This document shows, piece by piece, positions 34,532 to 47,160 of a stretch of 64,000 nt of DNA. Made by a program: the position numbers and the translations under genes. Position 1 is the first letter of the stretch, and each line of letters opens with the position of its first letter. Source of the stretch: Squalus acanthias (Eukaryota); the NCBI GenBank assembly GCA_030390025.1, contig CM059432.1, positions 558,001 through 622,000 of the forward strand. Reading direction: 5' to 3'. A model generated the notes under the pieces. That model searched no databases and was not told the origin of the DNA. It worked only from the letters and a program-made list of their open reading frames with translations.

Positions 34532-34645
34532 CGAACTCCCCATATTGGCCAGTGCTTCCTCGGCACGTTCCACCCTGGTTTTCTTCATACTGACAGAAAA
34601 TGCTCGAACTATATGGCTGCAGAACTCAACTGAAATACCACAACA
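34532..34645 (-). CDS. NPC1: NPC1 exon 23
   Basis: 114 nt. [38 protein letters not shown]. Confidence 0.95.
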
Positions 34646-34669
34646 CTACAAGGGGATAAAGAAAAAACT

Positions 34670-35011
34670 CCATTAATGGCAAATCAATATTTATTCTATT
34701 GTCCCAGATTGCAAGACTGGACCCCATTATTCCTTCAACTGAAAATCAAACTAGTTCTATTACAGCACCATTTGCAGTATTAGGAGCATGAACGCTCACT
34801 CACTGCACTTTGTACTCCTAGAAACACCCATAAAATAACTCCATTAATGGCAAATCAATATTTATTCTATTGTCCCAGATTGCAAGACTGGACCCCATTA
34901 TTCCTTCAACTGAAAATCAAACTAGTTCTATTACAGCACCATTTGCAGTATTAGGAGCATGAACGCTCACTCACTGCACTTTGTACTCCTAGAAACACCC
35001 ATAAAATAACT
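34670..35011 (+). repeat. 171-bp direct tandem duplication in NPC1 intron 22, copy 2 only
   Basis: ccattaatggcaaatc...cacccataaaataact occurs at 34670-34840 and 34841-35011, but once at ~17557-17727. Confidence 0.92.
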
Positions 35012-36313
35012 TTCCACACCCTTGTCCTCCAACTCTGGTCCATTATTGCAGGGCAAGATGAAGAGGGTGTGCACAGAAGACCAATGACCTGCACAAAGTG
35101 ACTGGCCAGAGCAAGCTGGAGGCAAATGCAATAACTGCAGATTAGAATTAAAGTACATACCAGGAGTAGTTGAGTTAAGAAAATTGGTAGAGGGGAACTG
35201 GTCACAAAGCACAACATATGGTGAAGGGAGAAGGAACCTTGGAGCTCGAGGGACCAAACCTACACATGCCCACATTTACCAAGTACCTGCAGGATCAGTC
35301 ACAGCAACAGCTCTCCACAGGCAGCAATATCAGTCATAACGGCACAGAAGTAGGCCATTTGGACCATGTTGGCTCGGAGCGATCCAGTCAGTCCCATTCC
35401 CCCGCTCTATCCCTGTAGCACTGCAAGTTTATTTCCCACAAGTGCCTATCCAGTCTCCTTGAAAACATGGAGTGTCTCCACTTCCACCAGCAGCAGGTTA
35501 CAGGTCCTCACCACTCACTGCATAAAAAGTTCACATCACCCTGTATCTCTTACCCAATACTTTAAATCTGTGTCCCATAGTCCTTGTACCATCAACTAGT
35601 GGGAACAGCCTTTTTGTCTAGCCTATCCAAACCAGTCATAATCTTGTACACCTCTATCAAATTACCCCTCAATCTCCTTTGCTCTAATCAAAACAAATTC
35701 AACTTCTCCAACCTGTCCTTTTAGCCAAGATCCCCATCCCCAGAATCAGTTAAATCTCCTCTATACCTTCAAGAGCCTTCACATCTTTCCTAAAGTGTGG
35801 TCACTAGTCTGAACTTTATAAAGATTCAGCATAACTTCTCTACTTTTGTACTCAATACCTCTATTTATGAAGCCCAAGATCCCATATGCTTTGCTAACCA
35901 CTATGTCCTGCCACCTTCAGGGGGCTTATGCACATTAACTCCCAGGTCCCTCTGTCCCTGCACCCTTTAAAACTGTGCCATTAGTATATATTGCCTCTCC
36001 GTTCCTTCTGCCAAAATGCATCACCTCACACTTCTCTATTAAACTCCATCTGCCACTTGTCTGCCCATTCTGCTAGCCTTTGTCCTGTTGCAGTCAATTG
36101 GTATCATTCTCACCTTTTGCCACCCCCAGTTTGGTGTCATCAGCAAATTTAGAAATTCTATTGTATTCCAATATCCATGTCATTGATATACACAAAAAAA
36201 AGCAGTGACCCCAGCAATGACACCACTACCATCCTCCAGTCTGAAAAAAAGCACCATTTACCATAACTTGCTGATTTGTCCTTAAGCCAATTCCTTATCC
36301 AAGCTGCCACTGA

Positions 36314-39213
36314 CCTCAATGGGAATGGGACCAATATCCTTGCAGGGGGTTTGCTAGTGTTGTTGGGGAGGGTTTAAACTAGCTTGGCAGGGGGATGGGA
36401 ACCCAAGTATAGAGTCAATAGGGAGGGAAGAAAAACCAAAAACGTAAAGTAAATTGGAAGGACAGAGGAATCAAGGGCTAGATAGTCAGCAAGGAGGTTT
36501 GCCTGTACTAAATAGTATATACTTCAATGCAAGGAGTATAGCAAACAAGGCAGATGAGCTGAGGGCACAGGTAGATACCTGGGACTATGCTATTAGAGAC
36601 GTGGTTGAAAGGGGCAGGTATGGCAGCTCAACATTCCTGGTTACAGGATTTTCAGATGGGATAGAGAGGGAGGTAAAAGGGAGGGGGGGGGGGGTCACTG
36701 TTAATCAAGAAACTATTACAGCTGTGAGGAGGGATCAAACAAGGCTATATGTGTTGAATTGACAAACAATAATGGGTGATCACACTGCTGGGGAGTACTA
36801 CAGACCCACAAACAGAGGGAGATAGAAGAACAAATATGTAGACAAATTTGAAAAGTGCAACAACTATAGGGGATTTCAACTACCCCAATATTAACTGGGA
36901 TAAAAATGAGAGAAGGTATAGAAGGTGCAGAATTCCTCAAATGCATCCAGGAGAACTTTTATAGCTAGTATGTAGCAAGCCCAACAAGGGAGGTGGTGGT
37001 TCTGGATTAGTTTTAGGGAATGAAGCTGGGCAAGTAGAAGGCGTATCAGTGGGGGAGCATTTTGGTGCTAGTGACCATAATTCTGTTAGATTTAAGGTAG
37101 TTATGGAAAAGGACAAGGATAGACCAGGAATAAAAATTCTAAATTGGGGAAAAGCAAATTTTGCTGAGCTCAGGGGATTTAGCCAGTGGACTGGAAACAG
37201 CTACTTGAAGGTAAATCAGTGTCAGAGCAGTGGGAGGCATTCAAGGAGGAGATCCGGAGGGTTCAGACCAAACATGTGCCCTTAAAGAAAAAGGTGGGAC
37301 TAACAAATCGAGCCACCTGGATGTCTAGAGACACAGGGTAGGATAAAGAAAAAAGGGAGGCGTATGACAGATACCAAGGGCTAAATACTGCAGAATCGAG
37401 AGTACAGAAAGTGCAGGGGTGCAATTAAAAGTTAGGAAAGCAAGAAAAATTCTTGAAGTAAAATCAAGGAAAACCCAAAGATGTTTTATATATTAAGAGT
37501 ACGAGGATAACTAAAGGGTAGGGCCCATTAGAGATCATGAGGGCAATCCGTGTGTGGAAGCAGGAGATGTCAGTAGGGTTCGTAATGAATACTTTGCATC
37601 TGTTTTCACAAAGGAGCGGGGCGAAGCAGACATTGTTATGGGGGGGGGGGGGGGGGGAAGGAGGAGAAGTGTGTAATAGAGAGAGGGAAGTATTAAAGGG
37701 TTTAGCAGCTTTAAGAGTGGATAAATGCCCAGACCCAGATGAAATGTATCCCAGGTTGTTAAGCAAAGCAAAAAAAGTAGCAGCGGCCCTGACCATCATT
37801 CTTCAATCCTCTGGCTTCAGGTGTGGTGCCTGAGGACTGGTAGTGTGGTACCCTTGTTTAAGGGAGAAAAGGATAGACCGAGTAATTACAGGCCAGTCAG
37901 CCTAACCTCGGTGGTGGGAAAATTATTGGAAAGAATTCTGAAGGACAGGACAAGTCTTCATTTCAAAAGACAGATTAATCAAGGATAGTCAGCACAGATT
38001 TGTTAAGGGAAGGTTGTGTCTGACAAACTTGATTGAATTGAGGTAACGAGGGTAGTGCATTTGATTTAGTGTATATGGACTTTAGCAAGGCTTTTGATAA
38101 GGTTCCACATGGCAGACTGGTCACAAAGTAAAGCCCATGGGATCCAGGGCAAAGTGTCAAGCTGGATTCAAAACTGGTTCAGAGACAGGAAGCAGAGGGT
38201 AATGGTTGATGGGTGTTTGTGACTGGAAGGCTGTTTCCAGTGGGGTTCTGCAGGGCTCAGTACTAGGTCCCTTGCTTTGTGGTATATATCAACGATCTTG
38301 ACTTGAATATAGGGCGTATGATTAAGAAGTTTGCAGATGATACTAAAAATCGGCTGTGTGGCGGATACTGAAGGAAGCTGTAGACTGCAGGAAGATATAA
38401 ATAAATTGGTCAGGTGGGCAGAACAGTGGCAAATGGAATTCAATCCGGAGAAGTGAGGTAATGCATTTGGGGAGGGCTAACAAGGAAAGGGAATACACGT
38501 TAAATGGTAGGACACTGAGTAGTGTAGAGGAACAAAGGGACCTTGGAGTGCATGTCCACAGATCCCTGAAGGTAGCAGGCCAGGTAGATAAGGTGGTCAA
38601 GGCAGCATACAAATGCTTGCCTTTATTAGCTGTGGCATAGAATACAAGAGCAGGGGGGGGGGGGGGGGTTATGCTTCAACTGTATAAAACACTAGTTAGG
38701 CCTCAGCTAGAGTACTGCGTGCATCTGGTCACCACATTACAGGAAAGATGTGATTGCACTAGAGAGGGGACAGGGGAAATTTACAAGGATGTTGCTGGAA
38801 GTAGAGAATCTTAGCTATGAGGAAAGACTGTTTTCCTTGGAACAGAGGAGCAACTTGGTGTATAAAATTGAGGGGCATAAAGTGGATAGAAAGGACCTAT
38901 TTCCCTTAGCAGAGGGGTCAAAAACCAGGGGGCACAGATTTAAAGTAATTGGGGGAAGGTTTAGAGGGGATTTGAGGGGAAATTTCTTCACCCAGAGGGT
39001 TTTGGGGGTCTGGAACTCACTGCCTGAAAGGGTGGTAGAGGCAGGAACCCTAACCACATTTAAAAAGTGCTTGGATGTGCACTTGGGATGCTCTAACCTG
39101 CAGGGCTACAGACCAAGAGCTGGGAAGTGGGATTAGGCTGGATAGCTTTGTTGGCCGGCAGACACAATGGGCCGAAATGGCCTCCTTCTGTGCTGTAACT
39201 TAATGATTCTATG
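36314..39213 (+). mobile_element. Long degraded CR1 LINE (ORF1 end, endonuclease, RT, 3' end)
   Basis: YFNARSIANK, SDHN, NYRPVSLT-like and FFTQRVLGVWNSLP motifs with many small deletions. Confidence 0.88.
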
Positions 39214-40233
39214 ACCCACCTATTCCATGAGCCTCAATTTTGTTAACCAGCCTTCTATGTGGTACTTGGTCAAACACTCTGAAAATCCATGTAGACAACA
39301 TCCATTGCATGCCCTTCATCAATCCTCTTACTTCATCAAAATATTCAATTAGATTCATCAACACTCTGCCTTTTACAAATCAGTGTTGGCTCATTAATTA
39401 GCTTAAACCTCAAATGCCCATTAATTTTGTTTCTAAAACTTTACCCACCACTGATGTTAAACTGACCAGCCTTTAGTTACTCAGATTGTCCTTACACCCT
39501 TTCTTGAACAATGGCGTCAGTTGCCACTTCCCAATCCTCAGGCACCTCCCCCACATGTAGGGAATATTGGAAAATTATAGCAAGCCCTTCTGCTATCTCC
39601 TCCCCCAATTCCCTTCACAACCTGGGATGCAAGCCATCTGGACCAGGTGACTTCTCCACTAAGCATACCCAGCTGTTCTAGTACATCCTGTCTATCAATT
39701 TTCACCTTCCATTGCTACTGATATTTTGTCAGCATCCACCTCCTTAGTAAACAGATACAAAGTACTCAGAATTCTAGCCATGCCCTGTGCCTCTATGTAT
39801 CACCTTTTGTCTAATAGGCCCCACCCCACACTACCCATTAATATGCTGGTAGAAGATTTTTGGGTTCCTTTGTTAACTGCCATTCTACTAATATTTTAAT
39901 CTTCACATCCTCAACTTACTGTATTTGGTCTGGTTCTCCAAAGACTAATTCTGGTATGGTATAAATCTAACTTCAATCCCACTCTGCAGTAGGTAAATCT
40001 CAATTGAGCAGCATTAGCCAAGTACAAGATACAGAACACTGCATTCTAAACTCCCAGGGGGACAGAAAATATTCAATTTGTTATTGTTAAAATACAAGAC
40101 CAGTTAAGCATGGATGATAACCATCCAGAGTAGGTGTGCTATCCCCACCCTGTGCATCAGAACAAGACTACTAGATATAGCTATTAGAGAGCAGCTTGTA
40201 AATGCAGCAAGTTGACAGACAGAAGGGACTTAC

Positions 40234-40465
40234 CATAACCAGGTTTACTAGCGAGACTGCATTCAGGCTGATGTTCCACAACCACATAACTCCAAACATG
40301 TTTGTGATGATCATAGCAATAGTGATGCACACCATCACAGCAGACCAGACCTCACAGCCCAGCAGGATTGTAGTCACTACAAACACAGCTCCCAGTGATG
40401 TGCAGAGGTTGAAAATTGTGTCATCCACAATTGTGAAATATTGTTCATAAAAGACATAAAACACA
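40234..40465 (-). CDS. NPC1: NPC1 exon 22
   Basis: 232 nt. [21 protein letters not shown]...[14 protein letters not shown]. Confidence 0.95.
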
Positions 40466-41242
40466 CTGTAAACAAAAAACAATTCCAGTATTAGTGTGCC
40501 ATTTGCTAAACAAGATTCCCAAGAATGTGGGTTGGCATTTAAAGACAAGTAAACTTGGTGAAAGGTTATAGAAGAGGACAATAAACACTGCAGAGGCTGG
40601 AAATCAAACAGCAGAAAATACTGGAAGCACATTGGCCAGAACGACCCAACATTTCAGATGCTTTAGAACTGAAAGAGGTAGACATTATACAATTAGTGTA
40701 AAGGGGGTATGATCCATTACATCACTTAGTGAAATAGTGGACAGAGGTTGAAGGGTGTGAAAATAGCCAAGGAAGTGGGAGCCAGTGGGCTCCCACCCCC
40801 ACAGCTGACCTTCCCCATGTAAATGCAAGAGAAGAAACACCAGTCCATTCACCTACACAACTGCTCAAAGCCCCAAAACACTCCTGCCGAAAGACAGCAA
40901 TTTGTGCATTTCCACTAATCTAGTACAACATGTTCACAGCTCACCGTCTCCTCCAGTTGTTTCCCCAGAGATGCAGATTAGATGACCACCACAAGCTACT
41001 TGTGGCTTGCCATCAATTCCCTCAGTTCCAGTCCAACCCCTTGCCAACAGATTATAAATTGTCTAATTAGAATCCCAGTAATTAAAAGTGGAGGAAAGTA
41101 GTTTAAAAAAGTGACAGAACTCACCACGGGTCTGGTCATATACACAAATTTTTGTACATTTGCACTCGTTAGAGATTCCTTCTCAGGAAATGATCAAGGT
41201 TCCGAATTAAAAAAGCATTGCTGTCCGAGGGAGTATAGTTAC

Positions 41243-41443
41243 CTGTATGGAAAGACACTATAGCCTTTGTGAGAAATGCCCATGGATTCGGTGATGTTTT
41301 GAGCTAGAATGCGTGCCTCCTTGGCTGCAGCAATGAAGTCAGATGATGTTCTCAGTATTGTATGGTAAGTCATAAAGTAAGTGGCTCCCACAGCTGTATT
41401 GTTATCAATCAAGTCCACTGCAGAGCCATATGCTGCGTGGCCA
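41243..41443 (-). CDS. NPC1: NPC1 exon 21
   Basis: [67 protein letters not shown], ag/gt. Confidence 0.94.
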
Positions 41444-42304
41444 CTACAGAATAGAAAGTTGGTTAGCTGTTAGTCAAGTAATTTTCTATTGTCTTTACAC
41501 ATCATCCTCCTGCCAATAATTTCTCCCCCACACCCCAAAACATTTAAATGTGTTACAACTCCCCCCACATCTCCCATCAGGGGGAATATTCAGTGACAAG
41601 GTCAATTTAAACAAAGTGTGTAAGGAAGAGGTTAGGGGAAAAACTGACTACACTGGAAAAGTTCATGGGCTCTAAAGCACTTTAGGACAGAGGTTGTGAA
41701 AGGTGCTATAGAAATGCATGTTTCTTTTTAATGCAGGCATTGGAGCATGGAATGCTTCTGCTACAGGAAGGGGGGGGTGGAAGACAAGACCACTACATTT
41801 TTATATAAAGTGGATAAGTAATTTTTCCAAACAGGAAAACAGCAAGGCACTGAGCACAGATGTGCAGTTTTGGATTGTCAATAGGACCAAATAACTTCCA
41901 CAAGTGGAAAGGAAAAGTGTATAGTTTACACAAAAAAGCCATCTCTTGCTATATCACATGCAGCTAGGTTTATATTTGAAGCCAGCCTTAAGAGCTAATC
42001 CAGCATCCCAGAAGTGATCAGACCCAATGAATTGTAGAAAGGACAGACCAACCAGCCAGCATTGCTGTTCATCCTTCCAACTCCATGTGTCCCCAGAATC
42101 CCTTTTCCTTCAAGCCACCCATCTAACCTATGGCATTGCTCCAAGACTTGCCCAGTGGCATTACAGGGCGGCTGCGCAGTAAGGAAAAGAGATGGAGGCA
42201 GAAAGTAATGGGGCAAATTTTGGTAAATACAAGTACTAAAGTTCTCCCTAAAAACCATTGCTTCTCTACTACCAAACACTACATGGGAACAAGGGTTAAT
42301 ATAG

Positions 42305-44335
42305 GGCCCTGGTGAGACCACACCTGGAGTATTGTGTACAGTTTTGGTCTCCTTACCCAAGGAAGGAAATACTTGCCATCGAGGGAGTGCAACGAAGGTT
42401 GACCAGACTGATTCCTGGGATGGGGGGGATTGTCCTATGAGGAGAGATTGAGTAGACTAGGCCTATATTCTCTGGAGTTTAGAAGAATGAGGTGATCTCA
42501 TTGAAACATACAAAATTCTTACAGGGCTCGACAGGGTAGATGCCGGGAGAATGTTTCCCCTGGCTGGGAGTCTAGAACTAGTATTAAGGGGTTTAGCAGC
42601 TTTAAAAGTGGATAAATCCCCAGGCCCAGATGAAATGTATCCCAGGCAGTTAAGCAGAGCAAGAGGAAATAGCAGAGGCCCTGACCATTTTTCAATCCTC
42701 TGGCTTCAGGTGTGGTGCCAGAGGACTGCTAATGTGGTACCCTTGTTTAAAAAAGGGAGAAAAGGATAGACTGAGTAATTACAGACCAGTCAGCCTAACC
42801 TCGGTGGTGGGAAAATTATTGGAAAGAATTCTGAAGGACAGGACAAGTCTTCATTTAGAAAGACAGAGCAATCAAGGATAGTCAGCACTGATTTGTTAAG
42901 GGCAGGTTGTGTCTGAAACTTGATTGAATGAGGCGGTAACAAGGAGGGTAGAGCATTTGATGTAGTGTATATGGACTTTAGCAAGGCTTTTGATAAGGTT
43001 CCACATGGCAGACGGGTCACAAAGTTAAAAGCCCATGGGATCCAGGGCAAATTGGATTCAAAACTGGCTCAGACAGGAAGCAGAGGGTAATGGTTAATGG
43101 CATTTGACTGGAAGGCTGTTTCCAGTGGGGTTCTGCAGGGCTCAGTACTAGGTCCCTTGCTTTGTGGTATACATCAACAATCTAGACTTGAATATAGGGG
43201 GTATGATTAAGAAGTTTGCAGATGATACTAAAAATCAGCTGTGTGGTTGATATTGAAGGAAGCTGTAGACTGCAGGAAGATATCAATAATTGGTCAGGTG
43301 GGCAGAACAGTGGCAAATGGAATTCAATCCAGAGAAGTGAGGTAATGCATTTGGGGAGGGCCAACAAGGAAAGGGAATACACATTAAATGGTAGGACACC
43401 GAGTAGTGTAGAGGAACAAAGGGACCTTGGCATGCATGTCCACAGATTTCTGAAGGTAGCAGGCCGGTAAGGTGGTTAAGGCGGCATACGGAATGCTTAC
43501 CTTTATTAGCCGCGGCATAGAATACAAGAGCAGGGGGGGGGTTATGCTTCAACTGTATAAAACACTAGTTAGGCCTCAGCTAGAGTACTGTGTGCAGTTC
43601 TGGTCACCACATTACAGGAAAGATGTGATTGCACTAGAGGGTACAGAGGAGATTTACAAGGATGGTGCCAGGAGTAGAGAATCTTAGCTATGAGGAAAGA
43701 CTGGGTCTGTGTTCCTTGGAACAGAGGAGGCCGAGGGGAGACCTTAGAGGTGTATAGAAAGGACCTATTTCCCTTAGCAGAGGGGTCAAAAGCCAGGGGG
43801 CACAGATTTAAAGTAATTGGTGGAAGGTTGAGGGGATTTGAGGGGAAATGTCTTCACCCAGAGGGTTGTGGGGGTCTGGAACTCTGCCTGAAAGGGTGGT
43901 AGAGGCAGAAACCCTAACCACATTTAAAAAGTACTTGGAATGCTCTAACCTGCAGGGCTATGGACCAAGAGCTGGGATTAGGCTGGATAGCTCCTTGTTG
44001 GCTGGTGCGGACACGATGGTCTCCTTCTCTGCTGGAACTTTATGATTCTATGAACCAGGGGGTCAGTCTCTGAATAAGGGGTTGGCCATTTAGGACTGAG
44101 GGGAGGAGAAATTTCTTCACTCAGATGGTGGTGAATCTTTGGAATTCTCTACCAGAGGGCTGTGGTTCAGTCTGAGTATATCCAAGGCGGAGCTCAATAG
44201 ATTTGTGAATATTAAGGGAATCAAGGGATATGGGGAATAGCACAGTTCAGGTAGATGATCAGCCATGATCTTGTTGAATGGCAGGGCAGGCTTGAAGGGC
44301 CAAATGGCCTACTCCTGTTCCCATTTCTTATGTTA
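42305..44335 (+). mobile_element. 5'-truncated CR1 (42580-44053) nested in another CR1 3' fragment
   Basis: The outer element breaks at gagtctagaac and resumes at gaaccaggggg. The inner element is colinear with 37689-39213. Confidence 0.82.
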
Positions 44336-45120
44336 CTCAATTGCAGTTACAAAAACATTTACACTTGAAGTTATGCAATGGCTCAATTATTTACAGGAGT
44401 TCAATCTGCCCTCAAGTGATGCTGCTGCTAAGACACCTGCCAGGAACACAACACCAATGACAAGCTAACTGGTTCACGTGAGTGTAAAGTGAATAAGCAT
44501 CTGTTATGCTTAGAGCATTCAAATCTTGGAGCTAGCATACATAAAACCCTGCACTAGACTCATGTTAAAAATCAGCTATAGACAAGTGGGTAAATCCACT
44601 GAATGTTTAAAGTCTGTGCAACAGTAACTAGCCTCCAATTGACCACTGGATGCACCCATTTAGGAGCACCTTCAGTAGGGAGCACTGAACAGGTTAAAAC
44701 ACATTTTTGCTTGGTCACAGACTGGCTTTAAAAGAGTGCCATGTTAAACCCATCCAATTAGAATCTTCTCCAGCCAGTCCTAGTGTCCAAAGACACTTGT
44801 AATAAATCATGTTACATGGTGACAGGCAGCTGTCAAAACAGCAAAAGCTGCAAGTCACAGGGGCACCTGCTCAAGCAGAAGAGGAGGAGTTTCTCCAAAC
44901 ACAAGTGGATTCAAAAGGCAACAGCACCTAGTGCCCATGGATCATACAAAAGTTTAGTATGGGAAAATTCTACTTTCAGATTTAATTTCCAAAAGTGTAA
45001 GTGCAGTTAACAATGTCACTATAAATCAGTGGCCTTGCTCAAGTGTCACTGACTTAAAACAAATCCATTAAACACTCCTTAATCTTTGTATTTGAAGCCA
45101 AAAGGATTGTCGCTCCTCAC

Positions 45121-45250
45121 CCTTTGGCACATTTGGGAGTTGGGTTGTCAGACAGAAACATGGGGAGAAAGGTCATGAAGTCTTCTCCATATGGCCTTTG
45201 TTTTCCCTCTGGAGTTAGCGGACGACAGCGAACACATGATGGATCATCAA
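45121..45250 (-). CDS. NPC1: NPC1 exon 20
   Basis: 130 nt. [44 protein letters not shown]. Confidence 0.95.
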
Positions 45251-45816
45251 CTACAAGAGCAGAGAGTGAACATGTTAATTTTTCCCACCTCCTTGCCAAG
45301 AAACTTCTGAAGTTCAGGTAGAATCCTCACTTTTCTTTCCACCTCCCTCCAGAAGACTTGCCTACCTGGGCAGCAAGCACTGCAGGTTCTACAACCCTAG
45401 AGAATCACCTCCATCTCAGCCAGGGCTTATTCACAAAAATCAGACTGCCAGGAGGGTCCCAAAATGGCATCATGAACAGAAAAACCTTGGCCAATCTACC
45501 CAGTGCCCTGGGGTTCCAGAAGCCACTCTGCCCACCCCACCAATCTACATCAGCAGACATGCCAGGAGGACACCCACCCCCCCAATAACAGGGAAGGGAG
45601 GAGGAGAAAGATCTAGATTTCCACTACCCTTTGTTGACATGCTTCCCGACATCACCCGTGCTCTAATTTTAAGGTTATGCCCCCTTGTTCTGGATGCCAC
45701 TGGAGGAAATAGTTTCTCTATCTACCCTATTAAATCATTTCTACTTTTTGGTTTTGTCCCATTAACTCTGGGCAACCAAATCACAAAGTACAACCGGGCA
45801 AACAGTGCACAGTCAC

Positions 45817-45932
45817 CTGTCGCATTGCAGAACTTCTCCGAACTATTGTAGACTCTGCAGCAGGTCGATAGTGGCTTCACCCAGTCAAAGTAATCATCAA
45901 TCCACGACGATGGTGGGAAACCAATTCTTGTA
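45817..45932 (-). CDS. NPC1: NPC1 exon 19
   Basis: 116 nt. [38 protein letters not shown]. Confidence 0.95.
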
Positions 45933-46797
45933 CTGAGGGAAATTGAAGAGTTACAAAACCAGTTGAAAACACTGGACTTGACAGCAAAAGTCATTTATAA
46001 AAGTGTGGAAAAATCTTGAAGGTGGCAGGATAAGTTGACAAGGCCATTTATAAAAACTGTATGGAAATCCTTGGCTTTATAAAAATGGAGGCAGAGTAGA
46101 AAAGCAAGGAAGTTACACAAAACCTTTATAAAATCAATCACTGATGCCCCAGCTGGAATGTTGGTCTAATTCTGGGCACTACACTTTAGGACATCAAGGC
46201 CTTGGAGGATGCAAAGGAGATTTACTAGAATGGTACCAGAGACTTCAGTTATGTGGATTACAATTTACCAATACAAATTGGTCCCACATTCATTCTGGTT
46301 AAAAAATCCCAATAAAGAGACTACTGCAATCCAAGACAAGAATGAACAATGAGAACTGTTCTCTTGATCAAGGAGCCAAAATTCACACACTGCCTCTAGT
46401 TTACATCTTTGGACAATTCAGAATACAGTCCCCACTGCAGTGGGAAAGTTTGTACAATTTGCTTGCTATATGCAGTTAAGACAGTAAAACCATCTGAAGC
46501 CACCAGATGTCTCCACTTTCCAAATGCTTCTAGTTAACAGTGCACTCGGCCAGAAATCAACTAAGCTTTTTAAAATTAAATAGACAAGTACCTGTATAAA
46601 ATAGCTGGCCCACTTAAGTTTTAAACAGCACCTTTGTAATTGACACTGATGACAAATGGCTAGTGCCATGCCAGATATAGGCAGGGACAGCAAGTTGGAG
46701 GGAGTGTCCCAAGGAAATCAGTTATGTGATTGGCAAGTATTAAGTGATTATAAATGCCACAAAAGGTACAAAATCCAGTGCTCCCGCTGGAACTTAC

Positions 46798-46988
46798 TAG
46801 TTGTCCAGCAGAGCCGCAGTGTAGATTTGTTGGATGAGCGAGTCATTGTTGCAGCCAACACCACCGCACACAGCATTCTGTCCTTCACGAGAAGTGTAGT
46901 TATGTCCTTCTTCGACCACAAAGTATACAGGAGGGCCTGCATGAAAATATTCTGCCATCGATTCAAAATAGGGCAGAATGTAAGAGTC
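46798..46988 (-). CDS. NPC1: NPC1 exon 18
   Basis: 191 nt. [63 protein letters not shown]. Confidence 0.94.
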
Positions 46989-47070
46989 CTGGGAAGGGAA
47001 TAATTCACTTGGATCAGAAGTGTTATACCGCAGCAGTTCAGAAAGGAGAGAGTCAGTGTTTTGTACTTAC

Positions 47071-47160
47071 ATCAGGCATCGAATAACTCTGATTCAACCC
47101 AATCTCCACTTTGTTTACTACTGCAATACTGAATGCCAAGATGCCAACAAATACAGATAT
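47071..47160 (-). CDS. NPC1: NPC1 exon 17
   Basis: 90 nt. [30 protein letters not shown]. Confidence 0.93.

Larger units (their letters stand above)
22200..37444 (+). repeat. Tandem segmental duplication, copy 2 (~15.2 kb)
   Basis: Directly abuts copy 1 with no gap and carries the same exons, introns and old repeats in the same order. Confidence 0.9.
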
